Below, one piece after another: positions 28,166 through 36,836 of a stretch of DNA of 64,000 nucleotides. Position 1 is the stretch's first letter. Every line of letters starts with the position of its first letter. The position numbers and the translations under genes are program-made. Below the pieces are notes generated by a model. It had not been told where the DNA came from, searched no databases, and saw only the letters and a list, made by a program, of their open reading frames with translations. The DNA is from Dehalococcoidia bacterium (GTDB taxonomy: Bacteria > Chloroflexota > Dehalococcoidia > Lucifugimonadales > UBA3495): positions 447,885-511,884 of the forward strand of contig CBDANO010000004.1 of NCBI GenBank assembly GCA_965197665.1, read 5' to 3'.

Positions 28166-28951
28166 ATGAGCAAATTTTTAGACCGGTTGGAACAAATAAC
28201 TGAGGGCGCTCCGCCCCCGATGGGATTCAGGGCGCCCCGGGGACGAAAGACTCCGGGAATGGCCCTGGTAGGCCAGGTTTCAGGGGCCGACTCGGAAGGA
28301 GTGAGCGCCCTTGCGGACTTGGAACCGGACGCGGTCTTGATTAGCGGCGCAATCAATGCGGCGGCTAAGGAATCCGCTCAAGCCCTCAAGGACGGCGCTT
28401 CATGGGGGGTCAGAGCACCGGCCCTGAGCCAAGAAGACGCTCAAGGACTGGAAGAGGAAGGATGCGACCTGCTGGCCTTTTCTTTAGCCGGCACTCCGTT
28501 GGCCGCGGTAACGTCCGAGGAAATGGCCCGGGTCTTGTGCCTAGACAGGGACATCGACTCTGAGCAACTGCGGGCGGTGGACACCCTGCCGGTTGACGTC
28601 TTGTTGCTGTCCGGCTTCGACGTTTCCGGAGCTTGGACCCTTGAAGACTTGCTGGCCTTGGCCCGGATCAGCTCCCGAGTGGGGAAATACATTCTTCTGG
28701 ACATATCGCAGACACCGGCGGCCAAGGAACTGGAAGCCCTCCGCAACACCGGGGTCAACGGCCTAGTCGCCGACGTTGGCACCTTCGATTCTCAGGGCTT
28801 GGCCGAGTTGAAGCAAGCGCTCCTAGACATGCCGCGCCAAAAGCCCCCTAGGCGGGAAAGGGCCGCCGCGATTCTTTCTCGTTCCGCCTTCTCCCTCGAA
28901 CAAAGGGACGCGCAACCGGAACCTGAACCGGAACCTGAAGAGGAAGAATAG
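28166..28951 (+). CDS. Hypothetical protein, degenerate HpcH/aldolase-like TIM barrel
   Basis: SD AAGGAG; alternating beta/alpha pattern; acidic PEPEPEEEE tail. Confidence 0.65.
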   Translation: MSKFLDRLEQITEGAPPPMGFRAPRGRKTPGMALVGQVSGADSEGVSALADLEPDAVLISGAINAAAKESAQALKDGASWGVRAPALSQEDAQGLEEEGCDLLAFSLAGTPLAAVTSEEMARVLCLDRDIDSEQLRAVDTLPVDVLLLSGFDVSGAWTLEDLLALARISSRVGKYILLDISQTPAAKELEALRNTGVNGLVADVGTFDSQGLAELKQALLDMPRQKPPRRERAAAILSRSAFSLEQRDAQPEPEPEPEEEE

Positions 28952-29127
28952 AAGGCGCACCTGCCCTCTCACGGTACCTCAAGCCTCTCTTGTAGCCCCA
29001 CGCCGCGGCCCGGCGACGGACCCGCCGGTAACTCCGACGGTCACGCCCGCTGCGTCGAAAGCACCCCGTGTTAAAATATCGGCGCGGCGGTTGGCGTTCG
29101 CACTTCGAAACCGGGGGATGGACGTTG

Positions 29128-29574
29128 ATGACCGGTGATCAAGCGGGGGCGGAACCCCCGGACCTCTACGGCCAAGTGCTGCCTGACGACGGCATAGTTG
29201 AGCTTTCCGACAGGCTGACCGGGTATATGACCGAGATTCAACTGGACGGTATGCCCGATGTCATCGGCCAAGTCTTGGACGATTTCTTGGAGCAATGCGG
29301 CGGCATTCCCGAAGACCTGACCGACCCTGATGCTTTCGACCAGATCACGAGGAATCAGCTGGCGGTGACCCTCGCCTATCAGTTGGGCCGATTGGAAGGG
29401 CGCTCGCCGCAGGTGGTGTCGATGATCGTGCGGCAAGCCTTCGAGAAATGGGGTTCCCGCCGGGTGCCCGATTCTCCCGACATCTCCGACGAAGACCTGG
29501 AAAGCCCTAAAGAATTGGTTTATCCCAGGCTGCGCCGCTTGGACTACACCGAACCGGGTGAGGCCAACCCTTAA
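29128..29574 (+). CDS. Hypothetical acidic protein
   Basis: 148-codon ORF in the same orientation as its neighbours; start uncertain. Confidence 0.55.
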   Translation: MTGDQAGAEPPDLYGQVLPDDGIVELSDRLTGYMTEIQLDGMPDVIGQVLDDFLEQCGGIPEDLTDPDAFDQITRNQLAVTLAYQLGRLEGRSPQVVSMIVRQAFEKWGSRRVPDSPDISDEDLESPKELVYPRLRRLDYTEPGEANP

Positions 29575-29715
29575 GCTCCTTGTCTTCATACGGCCCGTGT
29601 TCCCTACCGCTAGGCGGCCCCGTCCCCACGTTTTCCCAAGCGGGAACGAAGGGTCTTCTGGCCTGAGGCCGCGCTCCCCAAACGCCCCTCTTCGGCAGGT
29701 AAAAAGGAGAAACTG

Positions 29716-30897
29716 ATGACGACCCTATCGCCTTCCTACGACCTGGTATTAAATGGAGGTACGTTACTAGACCCGGGTCAAGACATACACGACCGCCGGG
29801 ACGTTGCCTTCAAGGATGGCTTGGTCGCCCAAGTGGCGGAAAGCATCGATCCGGCTTTGGCAAAGGCGTCAGTTGATGTTTCCGGTAAATTGGTTACTCC
29901 CGGTCTCATAGACATTCACGGGCACTTCTACCACGGGGGCAATACCATCGCGGTACACGCCGACGAAAAGTGTCTATCGGCCGGGACGACCACCGCCGTG
30001 GACGCCGGCAGCGCCGGGGTCCAAAACTACATGGCGATGCGCGACTATGTGTTTCCGGCCCACCGGACCAGGCTGTTGGCTTTCTTGCACATTGGAGGCG
30101 TCGGTCTGGCCCTCAACCGATTGGTCGGCGGCGGTTTGCACGACATGCGGGTCATAGACGTTGACCAGACGGCGGACGCTATAAAGAACAATCCGGGTTT
30201 TTGCTTCGGCGTCAAAGTGCGGATGCACTTGAACGCCGTGGCCTATTGGAACGCCCACGCCGCCATGAAAGCGGCAAGGGCCGCCGTCGACCAGTCGGGA
30301 AGCCGCTTGATGGTCCACGTAGCCTCCACACCCATACCTTTGCCCGAGGTCCTCGAATACTTGGGGCCGGGCGACATCTGCACCCACGCTTTCAACGGCG
30401 ACCCTGAACACATCCTGGATGAACGGGGCAAGGTCCGTCCCGAGGTCCGAGCCGCCGCGGACCGGGGAGTGGTGATGGATGTGGCCCACGGCGGCGTTAA
30501 CTGCGATTTGTCGGTAGTCAAGGCGGCGATGGAACAGGGCTTTCCGCCCCACGTCATCAGCAGCGACGTACATATTCCGCCTCCGGGGCGGACCGTCTAT
30601 TTGATGAACGACCTAGTCAGCCAGTTCCACGCTATGGGCCTCCCTCTGAAAGACGCGGTGGCGGCGGCGACCAGCCGCCCGGCGGAAGTGCTGGGGTTGC
30701 AGGACTCTTTGGGTTCTTTGGCCCCCGGAATGGCCGGCGACGCCGCGGTGTTCGACCTGCGCGAAGGCCGCTTCGTCTGGCACGACATGTCCGGCCACAA
30801 CGCCGAGGGTAAATTGCGGTTGGACACGCACCTCACCATCAGCGGCGGCGCGGTAGCCTGGCGGGAAGGGCAGCTAACGAGGACCGGTGAGTGCTGA
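29716..30897 (+). CDS. Amidohydrolase/deacetylase (dihydroorotase-like) metallohydrolase
   Basis: PGLIDIHGH, GTTTAVDAGSAG, GVKVR, MVH, THAF, DVAHG, ISSDVH. Confidence 0.9.
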   Translation: MTTLSPSYDLVLNGGTLLDPGQDIHDRRDVAFKDGLVAQVAESIDPALAKASVDVSGKLVTPGLIDIHGHFYHGGNTIAVHADEKCLSAGTTTAVDAGSAGVQNYMAMRDYVFPAHRTRLLAFLHIGGVGLALNRLVGGGLHDMRVIDVDQTADAIKNNPGFCFGVKVRMHLNAVAYWNAHAAMKAARAAVDQSGSRLMVHVASTPIPLPEVLEYLGPGDICTHAFNGDPEHILDERGKVRPEVRAAADRGVVMDVAHGGVNCDLSVVKAAMEQGFPPHVISSDVHIPPPGRTVYLMNDLVSQFHAMGLPLKDAVAAATSRPAEVLGLQDSLGSLAPGMAGDAAVFDLREGRFVWHDMSGHNAEGKLRLDTHLTISGGAVAWREGQLTRTGEC

Positions 30898-30911
30898 TCT
30901 ACGGGTCCGGG

Positions 30912-31577
30912 TCACTCGACGGTGGCCATAACCCGGGCCAAGAGCTCGTCGTTTAGGTAGAACACGAAGTCCACCGGTTCCCCCGGAGGAAATTGGGACC
31001 GGTCAACGGCCACCATAATCATTGGGGCAAACAGATAGGGGTATTCCTTGCCTTGGGCCGCCTCCTCTAATTCCAGCAAGACATCGGCCCGGTTGCCCTC
31101 CAGAGAGAAGCCGACGACCGATAGCGGATCGCCTTGGAGGGGCCGCCACAGGTAGTAGACGGCAAGTAAGACGGACTTGGAGAAATTGGCCCTCTCCAAG
31201 CTGGTCGACGTCCCCATGGAACGCTTCATGTCGAAGCCCCCCTCGAACCGGTCCAATTCGCTTTGGGTGGTGATTACGAAAGCCCGCAACTCTTGAGCAA
31301 ACGCTGCCGTTTGGACCGCTCCATAGGGGGAGACCCAACCGCTGTTGACGTACCGCCAAAGAGGAACTTCTATAGAAGTATCCGGAGAAGTATCCGGCGC
31401 CGGGGTATTGACGGGAGGTGCAGTCGCGGTCGACGGCGCCAGAGTATCGGTGGGGAGAATAGTCGGCGTTGCCGGTTCCGGAGTATCGGTAGGGGAAAGA
31501 GTAGCAGTGGCGGGAGCGCCGCAGGCCGCCAGCCAGCCTATAGCGCATAGCAGGATAAAAACCTTGGCGGGCAACAT
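30912..31577 (-). CDS. Hypothetical lipoprotein
   Basis: Lipobox LAAC; P/T linker; beta-rich C-terminal domain. Confidence 0.7.
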   Translation of the reverse strand: MLPAKVFILLCAIGWLAACGAPATATLSPTDTPEPATPTILPTDTLAPSTATAPPVNTPAPDTSPDTSIEVPLWRYVNSGWVSPYGAVQTAAFAQELRAFVITTQSELDRFEGGFDMKRSMGTSTSLERANFSKSVLLAVYYLWRPLQGDPLSVVGFSLEGNRADVLLELEEAAQGKEYPYLFAPMIMVAVDRSQFPPGEPVDFVFYLNDELLARVMATVE

Positions 31578-31746
31578 GGTCGCCTAGAGTCCCAATCCCG
31601 CGCAGACTAAACTATGCAGCATCGAGCGCCGGACGTTCCCTTTCGGGCGCTCTGAATCGAAGTGCCGCGCAACGCCTGCCGGAGGAGGTGGGTACACCCT
31701 GTCCGAACCAGGGCGGCGTAACACACTCATGCAGGGGAAGCTAATC

Positions 31747-31943
31747 AACCCGACGCGCAAGTTTTTTGGCTGCGGATTGGATTGCCGGCACAACAACGTC
31801 TTCATCCGATAAGACCTGTTTGCAACGAGAGAAATAGAGAGTGGTTGGCCCGCCGCGGCGGGCCAACCACTCTCCTTCTTTCTGGGGTGGGGCAGCCCTT
31901 GCGTTGGGTCTGGACGGGCGATAAGAAACTTGCACACGGGGTT
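31747..31943 (+). repeat. Dispersed palindromic element, copy B (197 bp)
   Basis: AACCCGACGCGCAAGTTT ... AAACTTGCACACGGGGTT ends; perfect 38-bp palindrome 31837-31874. Confidence 0.92.
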
Positions 31944-32131
31944 TGCTATCCCCAATCCGGAGTTAGGCGAGTCACCGATATCATATCAAAATCCTGCCGT
32001 GCGATATATCATTACGGGCCAAGCCCTCAATCGGATTGATAACTGTGGAAGGCGTCCGTCTACGCTAAAATCACGTTTCTCCGCACGCGCCAATGCTTGT
32101 AAATGGCTAGGGTGAATGTCAAACTGTATTT

Positions 32132-33010
32132 ATGCGAGTAGGTGAATTCGAGCTGGACGAGCCAGTACCGGAATTAAAAAACCCTCACGTCCTAGCGGTG
32201 CTAAGGCCTTGGATCGACGTGGGCAACGTAGGCACCCTAAGCCTGAGCCGGGTGGAGCGGCACTTGCGGGCCCAAGAACTGGGCCGCTTGGTCCGGCCGG
32301 GCCGCTTCTATGACTTTACTCGTTACCGTCCTCGTTCCTACTTGAACCACGGAAAGCGGGAGTTCTCGATACCCAACACCATTATCCGGTATGCCTCGCG
32401 GGAAGAGGCTTCCGATCTCTTGCTCATTCACCTTCTGGAACCTCACGCCTACGGAGAAGACTACACGGAGTCGGTCCTGGAAGTCCTCAAGTTCTTTGGC
32501 GTCAAGCGGTATTCATTGATCGGCGCTATGTACGACATGGTGCCCCACACCAGGCCGTTGCTGGTATCCGGCGGCGGCGAGCCGGACAGTGATGAAGAAT
32601 ACCGCATGGTCCGGGTCCGCGCCAGCAATTACGAAGGGCCGACCACTATTACTTACTTGATCTCCCTCCAAGCGGGGCAAATGGGGGTTGAGACCCGCAC
32701 CTTCGTCGTGCACTTGCCCCAGTACTTCCAGGTGGACGAAGACTTCACCGGGACCGCCAGGTTGATGGAGATTCTGTGCAGCCTGTACCAGTTGCCCAAG
32801 AGATTGATGGACCGGCAAAGGGGTCAAGAGCAATACGAATCGCTGCAAAACGTCGTGGGGGAAACCTCCGAAGTAGCGTCCCTGCTGCAGCGATTGGAAG
32901 AGCGGTACGACAAGGAGCAGCAGGACGATATCGCGCCGACTCCGCCCCTGTCTCAGAACATCGAGGAGTTCTTGGGCCAACTCGATAGAGACTTCGACTC
33001 GAAGGAGTAA
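32132..33010 (+). CDS. PAC2 (proteasome assembly chaperone-like) family protein
   Basis: WIDVGNVG, FYDFTRYRP, LEP, VPHTRP, YEGPT, LPQY motifs. Confidence 0.85.
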   Translation: MRVGEFELDEPVPELKNPHVLAVLRPWIDVGNVGTLSLSRVERHLRAQELGRLVRPGRFYDFTRYRPRSYLNHGKREFSIPNTIIRYASREEASDLLLIHLLEPHAYGEDYTESVLEVLKFFGVKRYSLIGAMYDMVPHTRPLLVSGGGEPDSDEEYRMVRVRASNYEGPTTITYLISLQAGQMGVETRTFVVHLPQYFQVDEDFTGTARLMEILCSLYQLPKRLMDRQRGQEQYESLQNVVGETSEVASLLQRLEERYDKEQQDDIAPTPPLSQNIEEFLGQLDRDFDSKE

Positions 33011-33366
33011 CTCCCGCCGGTAAGGCGCCCTTTTTCTTATCCACTGCCATACATTGCTTTCGGGTTAGCCCTCTCCGACGTCACTTCCCCACCGCTTCCC
33101 CAGTCCACGGAAGTCCCATCGAGAACCGAGGCCGGCCCCAGGCCTGGAACGGGGGGTGCGCCCCGGATTTTTGCGCCCGCGTCTAAGGCGGAACGCAGCG
33201 ATGGGCCGCTCATAATCAACCCGGCGCGCCGGGTTGGAAAATGGATTGCCGATGCAACTACGACCGTGGCGCGGTGTCAAACAGGCTGCTATCCTCTGGA
33301 TGGTGTTGAAAAGTGTCTTCTCCCCTGGGAGGAGGGACTATAGAAACACCCATTACTCGCTGGGAG

Positions 33367-34722
33367 ATGGATACTGGAGTATCGATGGTGGCGCCGCCTC
33401 ATTCCCTTCCAACGGCTGACCTGTCCCGGGGACCGGTGGAGTTGCTGCAAACGCTGATCAGCTTCGACACTACCAATCCCCCGGGCAATGAGAAAGACTG
33501 CATAGAATACCTTCGCGCCCTGCTGGACCGCGCCGGGTTAGAATCGGTGACGTTGGGCCGCTCCCCAGACCGGCCCAACCTTGTCACCAGGTTGGAAGGC
33601 CGTGGTGAAGCGCCGCCCCTGTTGCTCCACGGGCACGTAGACGTAGTGCCGGCGGGCGGGGGGGACTGGGTTCACCCACCCTTCGAAGGGAAGCAGGTGG
33701 ATGGATACGTTTGGGGGCGCGGCGCTCTGGATATGAAGGGCGGCATCGTCATGATGCTGTCGGCATTACTGAGATTGAAAAGAGAAAAGGTCTCTCCGCC
33801 CGGCGACGTTGTCCTAGCGTTGGTAAGCGACGAAGAAGCCGGAGGAGAGGTCGGTACCAAGTACCTGGTGGAGAACCACAAAGAGTTGTTTGCGGGCATT
33901 CGGTACGCCGTCGGCGAATTTGGCGGCTTTAGCTTTCCCATAGCCCGGCGGCGGTTCTACCCCATCATGGTGGCGGAGAAGCAGATTTGCGTCCTGCGGG
34001 CCACAATAAGAGGCGCGGCAGGCCACGGTTCTCTACGAGCCCGGGATGGAGCGACCGCCATGCTGGCCCGGGTTCTGGGGCGTTTGGAGCGTCGCCCGTT
34101 ACCGGTCCACGTAACCCCCGTGGCCAAGGAAATGTTCCAGTCCGTCAGCTCCAGCTTGTCTTTCCCATTGAACGGCCTCTTCCGCCTATTACTCCGCCCG
34201 TCAACCACCGGTTTGGCCCTCAAGGCCATGGGCTCCCAGGGATTGCTGTTCGGGCAACTGCTGCGCAACACCGCCAATCCGACCATGTTGCGGGGCGGCG
34301 ACCAAATAAACGTCGCGCCCAGCGAAATCTTGTTGGGGCTAGATGGGCGGATACTGCCCGGTTATACGCCGGACGATTTGATGTCCGAGGTCAAAGCCGT
34401 CGTTGGCGAGGACATAGAATTGGAGGTGGTACACCACGACCCCGTACCGTCGAGTCCGGATATGGGGCTGTTCGGGACCTTGGCGGAAGTTTTGCGCCAC
34501 GCCGACCCCGAGGGCATTCCGGTCCCTATGTTGCTGCCCGGCGCCACGGACGGGAGGTTTCTTGCCAGGCTGGGAATCCAAAGCTACGGGTTCCTGCCTA
34601 TGTCATTACCGCCGGATTTCAACTTTTCTCAGACTATCCACGGCCCCAACGAACGAATTCCAACCCAAGCGTTGTCCTTCGGCTGCGAGGCTATGTACCA
34701 ACTGCTTCGACGCTTCGGCTAG
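33367..34722 (+). CDS. M20/M25/M40 family metallopeptidase
   Basis: TTNPPGNE, HGHVDVVPA, GRGALDMKG, DEEAGG, GATD, IHGPNERI; start uncertain (33367 or 33385). Confidence 0.92.
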   Translation: MDTGVSMVAPPHSLPTADLSRGPVELLQTLISFDTTNPPGNEKDCIEYLRALLDRAGLESVTLGRSPDRPNLVTRLEGRGEAPPLLLHGHVDVVPAGGGDWVHPPFEGKQVDGYVWGRGALDMKGGIVMMLSALLRLKREKVSPPGDVVLALVSDEEAGGEVGTKYLVENHKELFAGIRYAVGEFGGFSFPIARRRFYPIMVAEKQICVLRATIRGAAGHGSLRARDGATAMLARVLGRLERRPLPVHVTPVAKEMFQSVSSSLSFPLNGLFRLLLRPSTTGLALKAMGSQGLLFGQLLRNTANPTMLRGGDQINVAPSEILLGLDGRILPGYTPDDLMSEVKAVVGEDIELEVVHHDPVPSSPDMGLFGTLAEVLRHADPEGIPVPMLLPGATDGRFLARLGIQSYGFLPMSLPPDFNFSQTIHGPNERIPTQALSFGCEAMYQLLRRFG

Positions 34723-34748
34723 GGCTGGTGGTCAAAGCCGCCTCAACT

Positions 34749-34935
34749 AACTCATGTGCGGGTTTTTGATCGCCTGTCCAGGCTTAACGTAAGGGTTGGC
34801 CCACCCCGGTAAGATAGGTCGTGATGGGCCGGCCTATCACGACCTAATTCCGCGGCAGAAGCCGGGCTACATCGAGGGACAACGCTGTTGCATTAGCAAT
34901 CCCTTTTCCAACCCGGCAAACCTGCACGTCGGGTT
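34749..34935 (-). repeat. Dispersed element, copy E (diverged, different central palindrome)
   Basis: AACTCATGTGCGGGTTTTTGATCGCCTGTCCAGG..TAACGTAAGGGTTGGCCCACCCC matches the arm of copies A/B; ends AAACCTGCACGTCGGGTT; hairpin 34815-34846. Confidence 0.8.
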
Positions 34936-35026
34936 GTTTATGTCGGGTTGTTTATAAGCGGTCTCTTGCTCCGCTCCACCTTGGACAACGGCGCAAAAAT
35001 CCGGGGCGCCGCGAGCTTCTTATTGA

Positions 35027-35055
35027 TTGACGCTGGGCAGGCCGTGTGGTAGAGT
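35027..35055 (+). promoter_or_regulatory. Promoter of infC-rpmI-rplT
   Basis: TTGACG-17 nt-TAGAGT with TG extension. Confidence 0.6.
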
Positions 35056-35108
35056 GAACCACCAAATGCCTTTGGATTTCATCAAGAATTAATCGGAGGT
35101 AGACGAGT

Positions 35109-35684
35109 ATAGCTAGGCAATATCGGGTAAACGAGCGGATCACGTCTCCCCAAGTGCGGGTGATCGGCGAAGACGGCGAGCAACTGGGGGTGATGGCCGT
35201 CGGGCGAGCGCTGCAATTAGCGAGGGCGTCGGATACCGACCTAGTGGAAGTAGCTCCCAACTCGGACCCTCCGGTGTGCCGCCTGCTAGACTACGGAAAA
35301 CTGCGCTACCTTTCCTCCAAGAAAGAACGAGAGTCCAAGAAAGGGCAAAAGAGCACCGACCTCCGCGAAGTCCGGTTCCGCCCCAACATCGGCAGCCACG
35401 ACCTAGCGTCCAAGACCCGCAAAGTCAGGGAACTAATCCAGGACGGCTCAAAAGTCAAGCTTACGGTGCGGTTCCGAGGCCGGGAAGCCGCCCACCAGCA
35501 GCTGGGCTTGTCGGTGCTGAAGCGTGTGGCCGACGAATTACGCGATGAAGTCCGCCTAGAAAGGGCACCGGTCATGGAGGGGAGAGCCCTGTCGATGATC
35601 CTCATCCCCTCTTTGCAGCGCAGCGAGAAGACCGATCAGAAGGCGGAACAGAAGGTCGAAGATTTAGCCGATGCCAAAACTTAA
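35109..35684 (+). CDS. infC: Translation initiation factor IF-3 (non-canonical ATA start)
   Basis: YRVNERI..PQVRVI, DLVEVAP..PPVCRLLDYGK, KVKLTVRFRGRE; SD GGAGGT 8 nt before in-frame ATA at 35109. Confidence 0.95.
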   Translation: MARQYRVNERITSPQVRVIGEDGEQLGVMAVGRALQLARASDTDLVEVAPNSDPPVCRLLDYGKLRYLSSKKERESKKGQKSTDLREVRFRPNIGSHDLASKTRKVRELIQDGSKVKLTVRFRGREAAHQQLGLSVLKRVADELRDEVRLERAPVMEGRALSMILIPSLQRSEKTDQKAEQKVEDLADAKT

Positions 35685-35868
35685 GACACACAAAGGCGCC
35701 AAAGCGCGCATCCACGTTACCGGCTCGGGAAAGCTGATGCGCCGCAAGCGAATGAGCAGCCATCTCAGACGTAAGAAACCCAACAAGATAACCCGCAAGT
35801 ATGCCCAGAAGCTTCTCTTGGACCCTACCGCCGTCGATCGGATGAAACGCTTGCTTCCTTACGGCTAG
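35671..35868 (+). CDS. rpmI: 50S ribosomal protein L35
   Basis: MPKLKTHKGAKAR..TGSGK; position between infC and rplT. Confidence 0.95.
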   Translation: MPKLKTHKGAKARIHVTGSGKLMRRKRMSSHLRRKKPNKITRKYAQKLLLDPTAVDRMKRLLPYG

Positions 35869-35935
35869 CCCCAGCCAAGGCTTTCCTAATCGTTGAGTCC
35901 GAGTCGGGATTTCGAATACTGCCGGAGATATAGCC

Positions 35936-36334
35936 TTGCCTAGAGTAAAACGCGGCGTCACCAAACATCGCCGACACAAGAAGGTGATGCTGGCGGCCAG
36001 AGGCTTTCAAGGGTCCTCACACCGTAACTACAAGTGGGCCAAAGAGGCCCTGATCCACGCTTGGGACCACGCCTACCGGCACCGGAGGCAACGGAAAGGC
36101 GACTTTCGTCGTTTGTGGATCGTCCGCATCGGGGCCGCTTGCCGCCAATCCGGGACTACCTACAGCCGGTTCATCCACGGGCTCAGCAAGGCCGGCGTGG
36201 AGTTGGACCGGAAGATGCTCGCCGACCTGGCCGTGCGGGACCAAGCAGCCTTCGCAAAACTCGTGGAGATATCCCTAGAACAAGAAACGGGAACAAGAAA
36301 CGGCTTGAAGGACCACCAGGAAGCGCCGGCGTAA
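35936..36334 (+). CDS. rplT: 50S ribosomal protein L20
   Basis: [37 protein letters not shown]. Confidence 0.97.
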   Translation: MPRVKRGVTKHRRHKKVMLAARGFQGSSHRNYKWAKEALIHAWDHAYRHRRQRKGDFRRLWIVRIGAACRQSGTTYSRFIHGLSKAGVELDRKMLADLAVRDQAAFAKLVEISLEQETGTRNGLKDHQEAPA

Positions 36335-36361
36335 TTCCGGGGGGCGGACTGAGTTCAGCAG

Positions 36362-36393
36362 GGGCGCGTACAACGCGCCCTTTCTATTTATTT
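36362..36393 (+). terminator. Intrinsic terminator after rplT
   Basis: GGGCGCGT-ACA-ACGCGCCC followed by TTTCTATTTATTT. Confidence 0.75.
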
Positions 36394-36398
36394 CCCGT

Positions 36399-36836
36399 CT
36401 ACTTCCCGCCGCCGCGACCCACGCTGGAGAACCCGTAATAGGTATCGGCGTCGAGTATCCGGGCCAAGGCCGCTTCGGAAAGGATTATGGGACGAACCGG
36501 GGTCGCCCACCGTTCCGTCAATTCGTAGTGCAAATCGCTTAGGGGCGTGGGCTTGTTGCCTCTAGCCAACAACACCCGAAAAACGATCTCTTGCACCGGC
36601 ATTTCGGTCCGTATGTAATCGTCTTGGTTACCCGAATATTTGGCGATCTCGTCGATTAGCTCCTGAGGACTAGTCAATTCGTGGTCCGGCCGCTGCCGTG
36701 ACGGGGAGGACTCGGGCCGCCGCTCCGCCACCATAGCCAGCGCGGACCGCTTTAGCTCGGACAAGCGGTCAAAACTTATTCGGAAGGCCAGCGGACTTTC
36801 GGGCTGTTGGGGCGTCTTTGGAGAAGTAGTGGTCAT
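36399..36836 (-). CDS. Hypothetical protein, possible winged-helix (HARE-HTH-like)
   Basis: ATGA overlap with moeA; VQEIVFRVLLARGNKPTPLSDLHYEL segment. Confidence 0.65.
   Translation of the reverse strand: MTTTSPKTPQQPESPLAFRISFDRLSELKRSALAMVAERRPESSPSRQRPDHELTSPQELIDEIAKYSGNQDDYIRTEMPVQEIVFRVLLARGNKPTPLSDLHYELTERWATPVRPIILSEAALARILDADTYYGFSSVGRGGGK

Noticed and set aside
31782-32039. Peptide encoded by the dispersed element (WLARRGGPTTL frame, also in ORF 4206..4976)
   Set aside because: The frame is open in copies A and B but has a stop and frameshift in copy C and differs in D and E; the similarity just reflects the DNA repeat
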